Positions 63,225-64,000 of a DNA stretch of 64,000 nucleotides are shown here, piece after piece. A program made the translations under genes and the position numbers. Positions within the stretch are counted from its first letter, which is position 1. The number at the start of each line of letters is the position of its first letter. This DNA is from Octopus sinensis (Eukaryota): positions 54,498,001 through 54,562,000 of the forward strand of contig NC_042999.1 of NCBI RefSeq assembly GCF_006345805.1. The letters run 5' to 3'. The notes beneath the pieces were generated by a model. That model did no database searches and was not told where the DNA came from. It was given only the letters and a program-made list of their open reading frames with translations.

Positions 63225-64000
63225 ATTCAATTTTATTTCAAGATTTCTTGCTAATAGAGAAAAAGGAAGTTTCTAACACAGATTCAAGGTTCCTTCATTG
63301 GAATTTCAACATCAACAACAGGGTATTTTTGTATGTATGTATGTATGTATGTATGTATGTATGTATGTATGTATGTATGTATGTATGTATGTATGTATGT
63401 ATGCATGCATGTAAGTAGGTGCAGATTTGTACGTATGTATGTGCAGATTTGTATGTATGTATTCTCATGCATATCTAGACATGATCATATATATTTAAAT
63501 GATAAACTTCTGGAAAGTTTTACAGATTTTTACAGTTCCAGTGATGGATTGGCTCTGTAGTCTTCGAATTGGTTTTCTCCTTCCTGCTTTTGAGAAGCCT
63601 AATTTCTCAAGATTAGTATTTAGGCAGTGTGTTACATATCTCAGGGCCCCAATAATAACAGGTATAAATCTGGATAGAGTAACTGAAGATTTCCCAGTAG
63701 TTCAACATAGGTGTTCTCTTTTCCACTGATCTTCAGCTTTATGCTAACATCCGTTGAGCAGTTAATTTCCACAACTGTGCACAGTTTCTCCTCTCTATCC
63801 CAAATCATTATATTAGGTCTGTGGTGCTCACGCTTTATCGAGGTCTTCACTGGTACGTTCCACCAGTATTCCTTTTTATTATGAGTGGTTATGGCTTCTA
63901 CCATACTGTTGATACTTATTTCTTTATCCTCGGGCTTATCCTTTCGACGGACCCACTTCGTTATACAGTGTCCTAACTACAACATCATGCTTCATCGGTA
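63225..64000 (-). mobile_element. R4/Dong-like LINE 3' fragment (RLE plus 3' UTR interrupted by (TATG)n), runs off the window
   Basis: KEYWWNVPVKTSIKREHHRPNIMIWDREEKLCTVVEINC...KENTYVELL...IIGAL. Confidence 0.8.

Overview
Eukaryotic, repeat-dominated intronic/intergenic DNA with no confidently identifiable host gene. A cytochrome-b fragment reads through in the invertebrate mitochondrial code, and the SINE and microsatellite landscape resembles that of a coleoid cephalopod such as Octopus (inference). Contents: abundant (TA)n, (CA)n, (TATG)n, (GATA)n and (TAA)n microsatellites; three families of tRNA-derived SINEs; LINE fragments of the RTE, CR1, R4/Dong, HERO and CRE types; a Penelope-like GIY-YIG fragment; a complete but decayed DD34D mariner; an internally deleted DD37D (maT) transposon; and helitron-like elements. 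Most notable: (1) about 18 minimal hammerhead-ribozyme motifs (stem I-CUGANGA-stem II-GAAA-palindromic stem III-UH-stem I') on at least six unrelated small non-coding element families, many built as fold-backs inside (TA)n tracts, including an identical 65-nt hammerhead cassette at two unique sites; (2) a separate fold-back family whose arms share a covarying multi-hairpin motif I cannot assign; (3) a frame-intact cytb NUMT inside an RTE LINE that itself interrupts a CR1 LINE. Coordinates were read by eye and may be off by a few bases.
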